Assembly (NCBI RefSeq): GCF_009914755.1
Contig: NC_060932.1
Length of the DNA stretch: 64,000 nt
Reading direction: 5' to 3' (one strand)
DNA from: the human T2T-CHM13v2.0 reference genome, Homo sapiens
The notes under the pieces are model-generated. The model ran no database searches. It was not told the origin of the DNA and saw nothing but the letters and a program-made list of their open reading frames with translations. Position 1 is the first letter of the stretch; the number at the start of each line of letters is the position of its first letter. The translations under genes were made by a program, and so were the position numbers. Of the stretch, positions 39,133 through 58,621 are shown in pieces.

Positions 39133-39499
39133 CTACGCTGCTAGCCTAGGCAACACAGTGCGACTCCGTCTCCAAAAATAAATAAATAAACAAGTAAATA
39201 AAATAAAATAAAGTAAAATAAAGTATCTTTCAGCCTGAGTGTTTGAATGACTGCATAGCAGAAGACAAACTTGCCAATGTAATCAACCTGCCTAGTATTG
39301 TTAAAGTGAGTAAGAAATAAACTTCTACTTTATTAATAGCCCTAATGAATATACCATATCCTGTTTAATGTGAAAAGGCCTGGATCAGCAAGACATAAAA
39401 GAGTATTCAAATATACAAAGACTTGTCATGATGAAGATGTATTAGTCAAGTTCTATATGCAATCTGGGAAATGAATGGAGATTAAGAAGTGGAAGATTT

Positions 39500-39581
39500 G
39501 TGCTCACTTCAGCAGCACATATACTAAAATTGGAACAATACAGAAGATTAGCATGACCCCTTTGTAAGTTAAAAAAAAAAA
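39500..39581 (+). pseudogene. 3'-truncated U6 snRNA retrocopy with A-tail
   Basis: GTGCTCACTTCAGCAGCACATATACTAAAATTGGAACAATACAGAAGATTAGCATGACCCCT matches U6 nt 1 to ~70 with CpG decay and a damaged ACAGAGA box; A11 follows. Confidence 0.93.
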
Positions 39582-41969
39582 GAAAGAGAAATGAAAGCCT
39601 CCTTCAATAAGTTGGATTTTTAGGAGTCAAAGGTAACAAAAAGAACTGTGTAGAAACTGTTTCAACATATGAGATATCCACATAAAGGCGACAGTGTAGG
39701 GTATGAAACTAGATAATTAACTAAACTGGAAACCTTTAAGGACCTCCCCCACTCAAAGAGTTTCTAATATATACTTAATATTCATTTCCTAGCTTATTTA
39801 ACTTGGAGGTTCTGTAATCAATTATTATACAGAGTCACTGGGGACATAATCTGGTCCCTTGATAACCTTGGCCTCCTTTCCTCCATTATCCCTCACTTAC
39901 TCTGCTCTATCATCCTGGCCTTCTTGCTATTTTTCCAACCTGCCAGACACAGATCTGCCTCAGAGCCTCTGCATTTGCTTCTTCCTCTGCTAGGACCTTT
40001 TGTCCCTCAGCTATTCCAATGGTTCACTACCTTACGTTTTCCACGTCTTTCCTCAAATATCATCATCATCATCATTTTTTTTTTTTTTGAGATGGAGTTT
40101 TGCTTTGTCGCCCCAGCTGGAGTGCAATGGTGGGATCTTGGCTCACTACAAACCCCACCTTCCGGGTTCAAGCGATTCTCCCACCTCAGCCTCCCGAGTA
40201 ACTGGGATTACGGGCACACATCACCATGTCCGGCTAATTTTTGTAGAGACAAGGTTTCACCATGTTGGCCAGGCTGGTCTTGAACTCCTGATCTCAGGTG
40301 ATTCGCCCACCCCGGCCTCCCAAAGTGCTAGAATTACAGGCGTGAACCACCGCATCCGGCCAAATATCATCTTCTTACTGAGGCCTTACCTAGCCTATTT
40401 AACACTGTAACCTACCCATACTCTTTTGGTACCCCTTAGCTAAATCTTTCTCCACAATAATAGTTAGTATTACAAAATTTTTAAAACTTCTCTCCCCCAC
40501 TCAACTAAAATGTTAGCCCTACATGTGTAAGGATACACGTTTTTGTGTATCTTATTCACTGTTATATCTCCAGTGCCTAGAACCACACCTGGGAGAAAAT
40601 AAGCACTCAATAAATATTTCTTTAGTAAGTATTTGAGCTTATCTTCCTACTAGTGTTCTAAAAAGTGTAAACCAATTGTCAAAAGTGTGAAAAAAAACCA
40701 TTAAACTCATTCATTAAAATACACAGAAGCCTACAATATGCTTGTTATGTGCTCTATGGACACAAAGGTGACAAAAAATAGTCCCTAATTTCATGTACTT
40801 TACATTCTGATGGGGAAACAGAGTCAAGCAAATTAATATTTAATGGCAGGAGGCAATACAAATAAAGCAGGAAAAGGGAAAAGAGTGTGATGGGTGAAAG
40901 AGCTATTGCTATTATTGAGAAACTCTGATCAAAGAAGGCCTCCCTGAGGTGATATCTGAGCAGAGATTTGAGAAAAATAAAAAATGATGACAGGCAAGTA
41001 TGTAAGAGAAGAGTATTCCAGGCAGAAGCAGTATGGCCTTTTGTTCACTATTGGCAGTTGTCTAAATTGGCACAAACTTGAATGAGTAATTTAATATTGT
41101 TAAAACTTGTAAATGTAAAATACTCTTTGATTCAGCTACAGCTATTCCACTTCTAGGAATCAAAACTAGAAAAATCCACATACCAGTGCTCATACTAACT
41201 AAAATACAAGGATGCTCACTGTAAGAGTCCAGTAGAAAAAAATCTGGAAAACAACCAAAAAACCTATCAATAGGGCTTTGGATAAATAAATTATAGTACA
41301 TCAACAGTGGAAAAACCATGCAGCTCTTAAAGAGACTTTAGCACTAACAAATACATGAATACATTTATTGATAAATGAATAAAGCAAATTGCAGAATAGT
41401 ATGTATCATATACTCCCATTTTTTAAATACTTTTTTTTTTTTTTTTTTTTTGAGACAGAGTCTCGCTCTGTCGCCCAGGCTGGAGTGCAGTGGCTCACTC
41501 GGCTCACTGCAAGCTCTGCCTCCAGGGTTCATGCCATTCTCCTGCTTCAGTCTCCCGAGTAGCTGGGACTGCAGGCGCCAGCCACCACGTCCAGCTAATT
41601 TTTTTTGTATTTTTAGTAGGGACAGGGTTTCACCCTGTTAGCCAGGATGGTCTCAATCTCCTGACCTCATGATCCACCCACCTCGGCCTCCCAAAGTGCT
41701 GGGATTACAGGCGTGAGCCACTGCACCCGGCATATAATACCATTTTTCAAGAGAAAAAATTTATGTATCCTTAATATATACATACACATATACATATACC
41801 ATCTTGCCCAATGAGCACATATACCAAATAGTTACCAATGGTATATTTGATAAGAAAACTTATCCTTTTATTCACTTCTACAGCATTTGAATTTTTTCAA
41901 TAAGTTATGATTATTGTGGTAGAAACAACTCTTTTTGAAAGTATAATGATACCGCCCCACATAAATTAC

Positions 41970-42155
41970 CTCTTCTGGCAAAGCGGAATGGGGTTTGTCA
42001 GAAGTTGCAAGTAGTAAAACTGGAGCAAATGAAGGAATATTCTGTAATAATGTGGTAAATGTGGCTTTAAGTGTCGGTCCAACTATTTCCCACCACACGT
42101 GGATATGAGGAACATACACTATACTTGGTGCTGTTCTCTTAGCTTCACGAATCAC
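41970..42155 (-). CDS. ATAD2: ATAD2 exon 19 (186 bp), AAA2
   Basis: VIREAKRTAPSIVYVPHIHVWWEIVG...HSALPEE; CTAG| and |GTAATT. Confidence 0.97.
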
Positions 42156-42461
42156 CTAGTAGAGAGAGAACAAAACAAATTCAGTTAGAGTCAGCACGTT
42201 AATAATGCTAGTTCTATTAGTCTGAAACAATGTTTAACCTCCCAGGAGTAACATATAAAGTCCTCAAGTTTTTAAAATGCTTCTCCAAAATCCCACAACC
42301 TTATTTTTAAATGTGGATTAAAAGTTTCATTTTTTTGGAAAAAGATAATTTCTTCAAGCAACTAGAAAACAGCTGGAGAAATCTAGAAGATTTTTCTATT
42401 GTGGTAATCAAAAGTAAACAAAACTACAAATATAAAATATTTTTATGTTTTAAAAATGTTA

Positions 42462-42868
<407 letters not shown>

Positions 42869-43171
42869 TTAAGTACTTTACTCATTTAATTCTCACAACA
42901 GCCATGTGAGGTAAGTAGTATTATCTCCATTTTCCAAAAGGGGAAAATTAGAGAGATCTAACAACTTTACTAAGGTCACAAAGATATTAAGGGTGAATGT
43001 GGGATTTAAAGTCATTCTCTTTAATGACTAAGCAATCATGCATAACTCTGTTTTGTAAACCTAAAGTTACAAATCAGAAAGACAAAAAAACACAATACAA
43101 AAAAATGGGGCAATTTTAGCTTTTGCCTCTGAAAGCCTGTTTTGTCTTATACTTGGGCACCAACAAATTAC

Positions 43172-43358
43172 CTGGGCACATGTTTCTTCAGGGGATGTAG
43201 TACTAACTCCAAAAAGAACAGGAATGTCTAATGTATATACAGTAAACTTTTCCAAAGCATGAATGACAGCTGGTGCCAAGTGAGAACCTTGCCCAAATCC
43301 TGGTTCTCCTACTATCAATATTCTTGGTCGAAAAGACATAGGTTGGTAACAAGCATTT
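43172..43358 (-). CDS. ATAD2: ATAD2 exon 18 (187 bp), AAA2 degenerate P-loop
   Basis: NACYQPMSFRPRILIVGEPGFGQGSHLAPAV...SPEETCAQ; TCAG| and |GTAATT. Confidence 0.97.
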
Positions 43359-43703
43359 CTGAAAGAGAAATGATTAATAAGCTATGTTTTAGAAAAAACA
43401 GTTTAAATTTTCCCCCTAAATTGTCAACTATAAACTTTCATAAGTAAAAAGTCTTGCCAATAAGGCCAACCAATCATAACATGGTTCACATAGTTTCTGG
43501 AAACTGACCCCCAAAGGTTTTTAGGAATATTTTTATAGACTGTAATTTCTACTGTTGTGACAACTGTAACAACAAAAAATTTCTGGTAGTTTAATTTAAA
43601 TAAAAAGCAGATTGGTTAGCACTTTTTATTTTTTCAACCACATCTCATTTATTTTTAGAAAATTTACACATGCAAAAAACATTGATTTGCAAGAAAAATA
43701 TAC

Positions 43704-43836
43704 CTATTCAAATGAAGAAAATTAAAATTGTCTTTTGCCTTATGAGAAGATTTCTGAGAAAGTCCATTTTCATAAACTGATGGAACATCATCATCACTGT
43801 AAGCCAAGTCACTTTCTAGCAGAGGACAAGAAATAT
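43704..43836 (-). CDS. ATAD2: ATAD2 exon 17 (133 bp)
   Basis: DISCPLLESDLAYSDDDVPSVYENGLSQKSSHKAKDNFNFLHLNR; ATAG| and |GTATAT. Confidence 0.95.
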
Positions 43837-44177
43837 CTATAAAACCAAAAAATTGTACATTAGTAACTTTTGGATTGCAAAGCAAATCTTTATTGCTTCA
43901 GTTACCAAGTCAGCATACTTCAATTAAATTTTTTCAAAGAATCAAAAATATTTGTGTAGATATGAATTAATAAGTAAATGTAAAAATGCACCCCAAACTT
44001 ACAATAAGTTAAATTAAGGGCAATCCATGGAGTAAATTTCCTTCAAATATCCCAGGTAAAGCATTACCAAATTCTTTTCAAGAGATTCTTTTACAAATAA
44101 ATATTTCTGGTATGTATGAAACATTTCACTTTACTGATTATAAAAACTAACTTTAAATGGTCAATCAAGTTTTATAC

Positions 44178-44492
44178 CTGAGTCTAATGTTTTATTTGTT
44201 CTGAATTCTGCATGTGGAAATACTCTCTGCAGGGCTTCTAAAATCTTGTCAACAGTGTTTTGCAGGAGTGGTTTCACAACGGTGGACAGTGCCTGCCCAG
44301 GTGATGTCACAGCTCTTTGGGAGGCTGGTATCATCTTTTGCATAGCTACCTCGAAATCCTTAGCTGAGATATTAATTGAAGAGAGATCCAACTGCAGTTT
44401 CTCACTAGTGGTATAGATCTGTGGGTAGCGTCGTCGTAAAGCACATAAAGCAGCTTCAGCACATATTGATTTAATATCTGCTCCACAGTATC
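44178..44492 (-). CDS. ATAD2: ATAD2 exon 16 (315 bp)
   Basis: GYCGADIKSICAEAALCALRRRYPQIY...FRTNKTLDS; ATAG| and |GTATAA. Confidence 0.97.
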
Positions 44493-45119
44493 CTATCCAA
44501 AGCAACCAGGGGAAGAAAAGAACCAGCCGACCAAACAAAGAAACACAAAACTCTATTAGCATGACCATGGTTAAAAAAAAAATTAAAAATCAGCCTCGGA
44601 ATATAGTTAGCAAATATTTAAGAGTAATAAGACCAAAATCTCTTTTACCCAGTAAACTTATAGGGTAGTAATGGCCATCAACAATCAATCAACTTTTAAG
44701 AGTGCAATACACAAGCACTAAGTATAGCACAGAGGTCAAAAGCAAGAGTTTTAAAATCACACAGACTAGATTCACATTCCAGTTTGTAATTTACTAGCTG
44801 TATGACCTTAGAAGATTCACATAATGCTCTCCAGCCATTTCTTCATCTGTAGAGATACTGCTACCTACATCACAGGAATGATGTGAAAATTACATGAAAT
44901 AATATATGTAAAATGCTTAAAAGGATGACTACAAAATGGTCAGTAAAGAATAGCTATTATCTTATTATGATATAATAATATATTGTATTTTGTACAATTA
45001 TATTATTATCTACTCTGCCCCTGATGGCCAATTTGTCAAATATCTCTATTTAATACCAAGACTTCATGAGAAGAAAATGCCACAAATAAGAGATAAGAAA
45101 CAAATATAACCTTGTATTT

Positions 45120-45216
45120 CTTTATTAGTCTGGTGCAAAAGAAACTGTGGTTTTTGCCATTACTTTTACAGGCAAAAACCACAATTACTTTTGCACCAAC
45201 CTAATATAACTTGTTT
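45120..45216 (-). ncRNA. MIR548D1: pre-miR-548d-1 (MADE1-derived hairpin, ATAD2 intron 15)
   Basis: Minus strand reads AAACAAGTTATATTAGGTTGGTGCAAAAGTAATTGTGGTTTTTGCC...CAAAAACCACAGTTTCTTTTGCACCAGACTAATAAAG, matching my recall of hsa-mir-548d-1. Confidence 0.88.
45120..45216 (+). ncRNA. MIR548AA1: pre-miR-548aa-1 (opposite strand of the same hairpin)
   Basis: Plus strand contains AAAAACCACAATTACTTTTGCACCA (recalled miR-548aa mature sequence); whether it is a real miRNA is uncertain. Confidence 0.65.
45125..45204. mobile_element. MADE1 (Hsmar1 MITE), 80 bp
   Basis: Long terminal inverted repeats, flanked by TA at 45123-45124 and 45205-45206. Confidence 0.95.
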
Positions 45217-45268
45217 CATATTTGAAATAAATGTAGTATTTATTTTAACTGCTTAAAACAATGTTTAC

Positions 45269-45359
45269 CAACACAGTTTTCTGCTAGCTCTTCTAAAAAT
45301 GTGTCCAGTGGTTTGGGATTCCAATCCCTGGTGTGAATCTTTAGAATCTCTTTTCGAGC
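45269..45359 (-). CDS. ATAD2: ATAD2 exon 15 (91 bp)
   Basis: ARKEILKIHTRDWNPKPLDTFLEELAENCV; ATAG| and |GTAAAC. Confidence 0.96.
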
Positions 45360-45561
45360 CTATGAATAAAAACAATTTAATTTTTTACAACTATAATAAT
45401 AAATGCTATTCAGATTACATTAATTTTGATTAAAATACTTTTGATTATCTAAAATTTTAAAGTGATCAGTACTTAATACTGGCCGGGTGCGGTGGCTCAC
45501 ACCTGTAATCCCAGCACTTTGGGAGGCCGAGGCAGGTGGATCACTTGAGGTTGGAAGTTCA

Positions 45562-45876
<315 letters not shown>

Positions 45877-46361
45877 TTATAGCACTAAAGTTATATTCGT
45901 CATAAACACAAATAAGAGAAAAGTAACTACTAAAGTAGCTATTCATTCTGGTGCATATTAAGAGCTGTTTTTAAGAGTACAGACAGCTCTTGACATATTT
46001 TCCTCTTTGGTTCCCAGAAGATTAAGTAGACTTAAAAAAACTCGGTAGGATTATATGATGATATTCATGAAAAAGACAAGGCTAACAAACTGGCTAAGGA
46101 TTGATTACTCATTAAGCCATATGTTCTGAAGCAACACTTAGAACATCCAAAGGCTACACTCAAATTGAAATAATTTTAAGAGTAATTTTGGGAAGGCATT
46201 ATTATATTTAAAGAAAAGAATAAAAATTTGTCCCCATTTGAGTTGTTTACTATCATTTGACAAGACCATGATACAAAACTCAAGAATCTCCAAATTTTTA
46301 CTATACCAAGACTTATTATTAATAAACAGCAATATATTTTGTCAAAATTTGAGTGACATTA

Positions 46362-46577
<216 letters not shown>

Positions 46578-47279
46578 CTATATCATTCAGTAATATTTCT
46601 TCTTTTGTAAGATTTAACGCATTACATGTGAATAAATTTTCTCAGGGCACCTCACTATTTCCAATGGATTAAAAAAATCTATAAAATAACATCCCAAATG
46701 GCCCACAGAAATTGAAATCAATGGAAAACAGACGGTTGTTAGACCCCCCACAAATGAATCCTAGAAGACATTTTATAAAGCATAATTTCACAAAGGAACT
46801 TAAGAGTTCTCAAACAATATATAACATCAAAAAGAAAAAAAAGGCAAGGCATGGTGGCTCACGCCTGTAACCCCAGAACTTGGGGGCTGAGGTGGGAAGA
46901 GTACTCGAGGCCAGGAGTTTGAGACCAGCCTGGGCAACATAGGGAAACCCCATCTCTATTAAAAAAAAAAAAAAAAATTAGCCAGCATGGTGACATGACC
47001 TGTGCCTGTAGTCCTACTACTTGGGAAGCTGAGGTTGTACGTAGTGAGCCAAGATTGCACCACTGCATTCCAGCCTGGGTGACAGAGCAAGACCTTGTCT
47101 CAAAAAAATAAAAAAGAAAAGAAAAAGAAAAAAAGTGCTGGTAGCACCAGGTAGGACACACAGTATCTAAAAATAATAAAATTTCCACTGTATATACATT
47201 ATCAAAGGACACCAAAATAGAATATACATAAAGCATAACAGAATTTTCATTACATTTTAAACTTTTTATTATAAAGACA

Positions 47280-51350
<4,071 letters not shown>

Positions 51351-51718
51351 AAAATTAAGTGCAGAATACAGTTTAATCATCTTCAACATGCAATGTGCTA
51401 AATTCTAAAAAAGCTTAATTTAACATACATTTTTACTCTGTCAGAATTTTTAAGTTTTTGGTTAAAATAACTTGAATACTAAATTTCTTTTAAAAATGTA
51501 GCTATATTTGGCCAGGCGCGGTGGCTCATGCCTGTAATCCCAGCACTTTGGGAGGCAGAGACGGGTGGATCACCTAAAGTCAGGAGTTCAGGACCAGCTT
51601 GGCCAACATGGCGAAACCCAGTGTCTGCTAAAAATACAAAGAACAGGCTGGGTGCGGTGGCTCACATCTGTAATCCCAGCACTCTGGGAGGCTGAGGCGG
51701 GCTGATCACCTGAGGTCA

Positions 51719-52069
<351 letters not shown>

Positions 52070-53471
52070 TTACTTGATTATGAAGTGATGGAAGTATTGT
52101 TAAATATGTTCCTTCCTGTTAGCACAATGAATATAGTGTGACTGATAATGAAATGCGTCACATATAAAAAGTTTATCTGATTACTAATAGGACATGCAGA
52201 GACAAAACTACTTTTACCATGGTACTTAACATATATTTTAATTTACTCACAGCAATAAGCAAAATTGTTTATCATCAAGTTTAAAAGGCCATTAGAATAT
52301 AGCAAATCTTGTTAGATGTTAGAAAAGCCAAAACCCACCTATCAATCACACACTATATCTTATTCATCTACATTATCTACAATATAAAACAATACTACTA
52401 GCATATATGAAAGTATGCAAATATTTCCTTTAGGATATTCCAAATTAATCAATCAATTACACATCATTCATGAAACCATTTAAAAAGAAGTTCTAAAAAA
52501 CTGAAATGAATTGGGACTAAAAGCAATTTAGATTCAGGTTGGGACAATAGCACTTGTAAAAGTGCTCCCTTGGATAAGCAACTAATCATGGGGGTTGAGG
52601 GTTCAATTTACCCATCTTTAAAATGGGGAGATTGGTCTAGTATTAGAATCCTAAACTAGTAGTAATGCCCTAAGTTAGATTTTGTTTAGCGCAGGCAATG
52701 TCTTAAAAGCATCCAAATTAGCTGGTAAAATTTAAGATACTTGACAATTTGAACATAAAATCTGAGGGAAAAAATCGATTTTTCAAGTCTGGGTAAGCTT
52801 CTGCACATCAGTAACAGGTCAGAGATAAAAGCAACTGAATATGCTCTTGTGATAGGACATTCAGCCACATTCCCCACCATAGCCCTCCTCTTACTAGTGG
52901 CTTAACATCACTGACCCGCAGACATTTGTTTCTATCATGAGTTAAATCTTCTGTAACCAAGATTTTTAAACCATGCTTTACAACACACTGACACTCGGAG
53001 CAGGTTTACTTTTTTTTTGAGAGGGAGTTTCGCTCTGTCACCCAGGCTGGAGTGCAGTGGCATAATCTCAGCTCACTGCAACCTCCGCCTCCCGGGTTCA
53101 AGTGATTCTCCTGATTCTCCTGCCTCAGCCTTCCACGGAGCTGGGATTATTAGGTTTGCACCACCACACCCGGCTAATTTTTTTTTTTTTTTAGTAGAGA
53201 CAGGATTTCACCATGTTGGCCAGGCTGGTCTCAAACTCTTGACCTCAAGTGATCTGCCTGCCTTGGCCTCCCAAAGTGCCAGGAATACAGGTATGAGCCA
53301 CTGCAACCATCCACATTTTTTATTTTTGTACTATATACTGGGGTTCTACTACCAAAAAAAGGAACTACTAGCTTATAAAGTTTCTTTCACCATTTAACAT
53401 TCTATCTCTCACACATCAATACCACTCAGGAAATAGGAAGAAACGTTGAAGTGCCATCAAGCAAGTTTTAC

Positions 53472-53560
53472 CTGTGAATCTGATCTTGCCTGCTTGACCG
53501 TACTGGAGCCAGACCATCAATTTCGTCAAAAAAAATAATTGATGGGCGCATCTGATAGGC
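53472..53560 (-). CDS. ATAD2: ATAD2 exon 13 (89 bp), AAA1 Walker B
   Basis: AYQMRPSIIFFDEIDGLAPVRSSRQDQIHS; CTAG| and |GTAAAA sites. Confidence 0.97.
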
Positions 53561-54644
53561 CTAGAAAGTAGGTGGAGTGGTCATTTGTTAGCATAAACAG
53601 CCTCAAACACGTAGACTTAATATAAACCATTTTAATAAATTCTCATTCAAATATGCTTAACAGAATTTATAAAGCTGAATATATACTATTTGAATCGGTT
53701 TTTCTTCAAACTTACTTACCAGAATTTATATATAATTTTTTTTTTTTTTTGAGATGGAGTCTCACTGTCACCCAGGCTGGAGTGCAGTGGCGTGATCTTG
53801 GCTCAGTGCAACCTCTGCCTCCTGGGTTCAAGTGATTTTCCTGCCTCAGTCTCAATTTATTTATAATTTATAACTATTTATAATTTATAAATTTAAACAT
53901 AAGTTCTAGTAACGGGGTTTTAAGAATTCAAACTAAATTATAATGATATATGGTTTAATTTTCAATTGCATTTTCAACCAGAAGTATTCAAAAGATATAC
54001 TCCACTGGTTATATACCTTAGATTTCACATAGCTATCGTTCCTGGACACGCAAAAATATTTATTGAACTATGGAAACAAGACAAAGAATAGAAGACAGTG
54101 ACATAGTCTTCCTCCAAGTCAGGATGGGAAAACATTATTTAGCAAGATGCCACAGTTTTTATCCATTTCCATAAACATAAAAGTAAAAAAGAACCTCGGG
54201 AGAGTTCCAAAAAGAGATTTAAAAGCATTTGCAGCAATATGCCTCAGTAGATCAGAAAGTATTATCTTACAATGTGCTGTCAATACAATCTGGGATATGA
54301 AAATGAAAGCCGCTCCAGGGCAGAAATAGTCTTTAACTCCCATACTGAGCCATAATTCACTACTACTATCTCTCTAAATATGAGATTACCACTCTCTTCC
54401 TATATGCATGAGACCTAAGACTCCAAACAACTAAGATCCAATTATTTCTTTCCCTTCTTACTATAAAACTGTTCACTGTAGGTCAGTGTCATCTCGACAT
54501 ATAAAAGAAAATAATCTAGAAAGAAATAGTCTAATTCTTCTGGGTTTATTTAGAACACTGATTAAATGTAAGATTTATCTAATCCTCACACACATCTGCC
54601 TAGATTACAGAACTATCCAGATATATAAAATGTTAATATCATAC

Positions 54645-54819
54645 CTGATCAAACAGCAATCGTAGCTGTCTTTCAGATTCTCCTACCCATTTACTTAGAC
54701 AATCAGCACCTTTCCTCATGAAAAATGCTACTCTTTTATCCCCTTGACTGCACTCATTGGCAAGTGCTCTGGCAACCAGAGTCTTTCCAGTTCCAGGTGG
54801 CCCATAAAACAAACAACCT
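54645..54819 (-). CDS. ATAD2: ATAD2 exon 12 (175 bp), AAA1 Walker A
   Basis: GCLFYGPPGTGKTLVARALANEC...KWVGESERQLRLLFDQ; ACAG| and |GTATG sites. Confidence 0.98.
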
Positions 54820-55308
54820 CTGTAAAACAATACATTAACATTTTAGTATTACATTTAAAAAGCAGACTTTTAAAACAAAAATTAGAAACCAATTTCATGA
54901 TTCATTTAATTAGAAAATTAAAATGTGTAAGACAACTGAATTATGGTACAGTTTCGCACCACAAAGCACAACTTAAAACCTGGGAGTTAATACTGATACT
55001 GTAAAATTAATATTGAAACTGTAAATAAAACTCTATTTGAAACATTTTAACAATTCATTCATCATGTTCATCATATTATCTTACCTTGCATATGTAATCA
55101 CATATCACAATCATATAATTCAATTTGTATGGGGGAAAACGTATATTGTAAGGAAGAAGAAATGTGAAAGAAAATTCAAGAAATTTGTTTTTAATTTACT
55201 AAATTACTTTAACTAGGCACTTCCAACATTTCCTGTAAGAAGTAAATGTTATTTAATATTAATAACTTTCTGACTTATTTTTAAAGATGGGGTCTCACTG
55301 TCAGCTAG

Positions 55309-55665
<357 letters not shown>

Positions 55666-56303
55666 TGATCCACCTACCTTGACCTCTCAAAGTGCTGGGA
55701 TTACAGGCATAAGCCATCGTGCCTGGCCACTTTCTAATTTTTTAAATTACAAAATTTAATTTAAAACCCACCAGTGTTTACCTGTGATTGATATATGGTA
55801 CATTACTTTTTTTTTTTTTTTTTTTTTTTTTGGAGATGGTGTCTTGCTCTGTCGCCCAGGCTGGAATGCGGTGGCCCAATCTCAGCTCACTGCAACTTCC
55901 GCCTCCTGGGTTCAAGCAATTGTGCCTCAGCGCACGCCGCCAGGCCTGGCTAATTTTTTGTATTTTAGTAGAGACGGGGTTTCACCACGTTGCCCAGGCT
56001 GGTCTCAAACTCCTGAGCTCAGGTAATCCACCCGCCTTGGCCCCCCAAAGTGCTGGGATTACAGGCATGAGCCACTGTGCCTGGCCCAGTATATTACTTT
56101 TATGATGGGGGGAAAGCTTACTAATTTTTAAAAGTTTATTTAAATTACTGCTTCTATAAAGGTGATTCAGAGAGAAAAGTTGTATAATGAAAAGGGAAAA
56201 GGGAACTATCACTTAAAAATGGGTTAATAAGCAAGGTATAAGAACTACAAGAAGCAAGAATAGCAAAGATTTTCAGCTAAAATTAAAAATATAATTAAAT
56301 TAC

Positions 56304-56419
56304 CTTGGGGGTTGAATTTTAAATTTTTCAAAGACTTCTGGATAAAGTAATGGAAACACCACCATCTCTTTTAGAGCTGCTATATGATTAGACAGGCCAC
56401 CAACACTATCAAATCGTAC
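56304..56419 (-). CDS. ATAD2: ATAD2 exon 11 (116 bp), start of AAA1
   Basis: CCAG| acceptor, |GTAATT donor; VRFDSVGGLSNHIAALKEMVVFPLLYPEVFEKFKIQPPR. Confidence 0.97.
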
Positions 56420-56659
56420 CTGGTAATGGAAGCGAACATGTACATTTTTAGATTTGGAGTCCAGATTAAAATGTCACCCCACACCATACACAGTCAATGA
56501 AGTAATAATATCTTAATTGTGACCTGAAGATTAACAGAAAACGTCTGTAAAGGTTAGAGTTTTGACTAAAAAGAAAAATCATTGGTTCCTTTTTTTAACT
56601 TTAAAACTAAAACAAAGCACATTATAGTTCAAGCATATGTTTCAAAACAGAGTACTCAC

Positions 56660-56768
56660 TGAAGAATCTAGTTGCATTGGATCAACATCGGCAAGGCTTG
56701 CTCCAATTTTCATTCGATCTTTATAAATGCCTTTTAATTCATCTTTCCGAAAATTTAGTGGGAGGCAC
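56660..56768 (-). CDS. ATAD2: ATAD2 exon 10 (109 bp)
   Basis: ATAG| acceptor, |GTGAGT donor; CLPLNFRKDELKGIYKDRMKIGASLADVDPMQLDSS. Confidence 0.96.
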
Positions 56769-58293
56769 CTATTTAAAAAGATTTTTTAAAACCACACAAA
56801 CCCATCAACTCACCCTCCTTCCCAAATTCCATGTTTGAATATAAACATTTAAGTTAAAAAAAAAATCTAAATTTCAACCGGAGCAATCTTAAGATATGTA
56901 TTTTAATTTCCTCATTTTCTGTAATAGGTCCAGAACTTAAGTGTTAGAAATATTTATATCTGAAGCTTTATTATGAAATTAAAGACATATAATCAAATAA
57001 AAATACCAAGATGCCACAGGCACCATAAAGTGATTCACGGTGGTGAAATCAGACAGTACTAACCTACATTTTAATGGAGGTGTCTAACACAGACAGGGTA
57101 TTTACCATTTGCCAGACACTGTTTTAGTTTTAGGTGCTTTACGTGGATTAAGTTGATAAATCCTCACAACAGTCTTATGAGGAAGGTATTATTATTTTCC
57201 CCATTTTAAAACAAAACCAAGACATAGAAAGATTAACTGATTTGTCCAAGATCACCCAACTAGTAAATGGCAGGGCCAGGAATCAAACACAAGTGGTCTG
57301 TCTCCAGAGCTATAACAATTCTGCTATGATATCTCCCAGAAAAAATATTCGCAGTCTACCAGCATTTGGATCCAAGATCAATCCTCTCAAGCAAGTTCCC
57401 TAACTACTTCCTTTTTTGTTGTTTTGTTTTGTCTTTTGGGTTTTTTCTGAGTCTCACCCTGTCGCCCAGGCTGGAGTGCAGTGGTGTGATCTCGGCTCGC
57501 TGCAATCTTCGCCTCCTGGGTTCAAGCTATTCTCCTGCCTCAGCCTCCTGAGTAGCTGGGATTACTGGTGTGCACCACCAACATCTGGCTAATTTTTGTA
57601 CTTTTAGTCGAGACGGGGTTTCACCATGCTGGACAGGCTGGAAGTTCCCTAACTACTTTCAAAAATATTCAGAAATAGTTATGGCCAGGTGTGGTGGCTC
57701 ATGCCGGTAATCCCAGCTGAGTCACTTGAGGTCAGGAGTTCGAGACCAGCCTAGCTTCTACTCTAGTCTCAGTGACATAGTGAGAACCTGTCTCTATTAA
57801 AAGAAAAAAAAAAGAATCCAAGCACCTAAGCACTGCATTTTCACTTACTCAACCAGATCTGTAAAATGTAAATAATCCTTGCTCTATCTCCCTTAAATAT
57901 TTATTGGGAAAATCAAATAAGCTGGTTAGTATACATGGACTTACACTACAAGGAGTTATAAAATGAGTAAAGCCTTCCGTTTTCCTTAAGAGTTCCTCAG
58001 AACTTATCATTATTATAAGCAAAAAAAAAAAAAAAATACATGAAAAGAAAAGGTTATTTCCTTAAGTCACTGTTTGACCAGAACCACTGTGGGCCATATA
58101 TAATGATTTGGCAAGCGGGCCAGGCATGGTGGCTCACAGCTGTAATTCCATAGCTTTGGGAGGCTGAGGCGGGTGGATAACTTGAGGCCAGTAGTTCAAG
58201 ACCAGCCTGGCCAACATGGCGAAACCTCATCTCTATTAAAACTACAAAAATGAGCCAGGTGTGGTGATGCACACCTGTAACCCCAGCTACTCA

Positions 58294-58425
<132 letters not shown>

Positions 58426-58621
58426 TCAGTCATATGTTCTAACCTGTTATTCTGATTCAACTGTAGATAATTCTAACAAGACAGCATTCTAGTTTATACA
58501 TTAACCTGTTGTGCAACTTTTTAATCAGCCAGCCTATACTTATACCCAAATTATTCTGTTTTCTTAGCAATTTTTACAAAATGTGTCTGCTAGTTTAAAA
58601 AGGCATCAATATGGCACTTAC

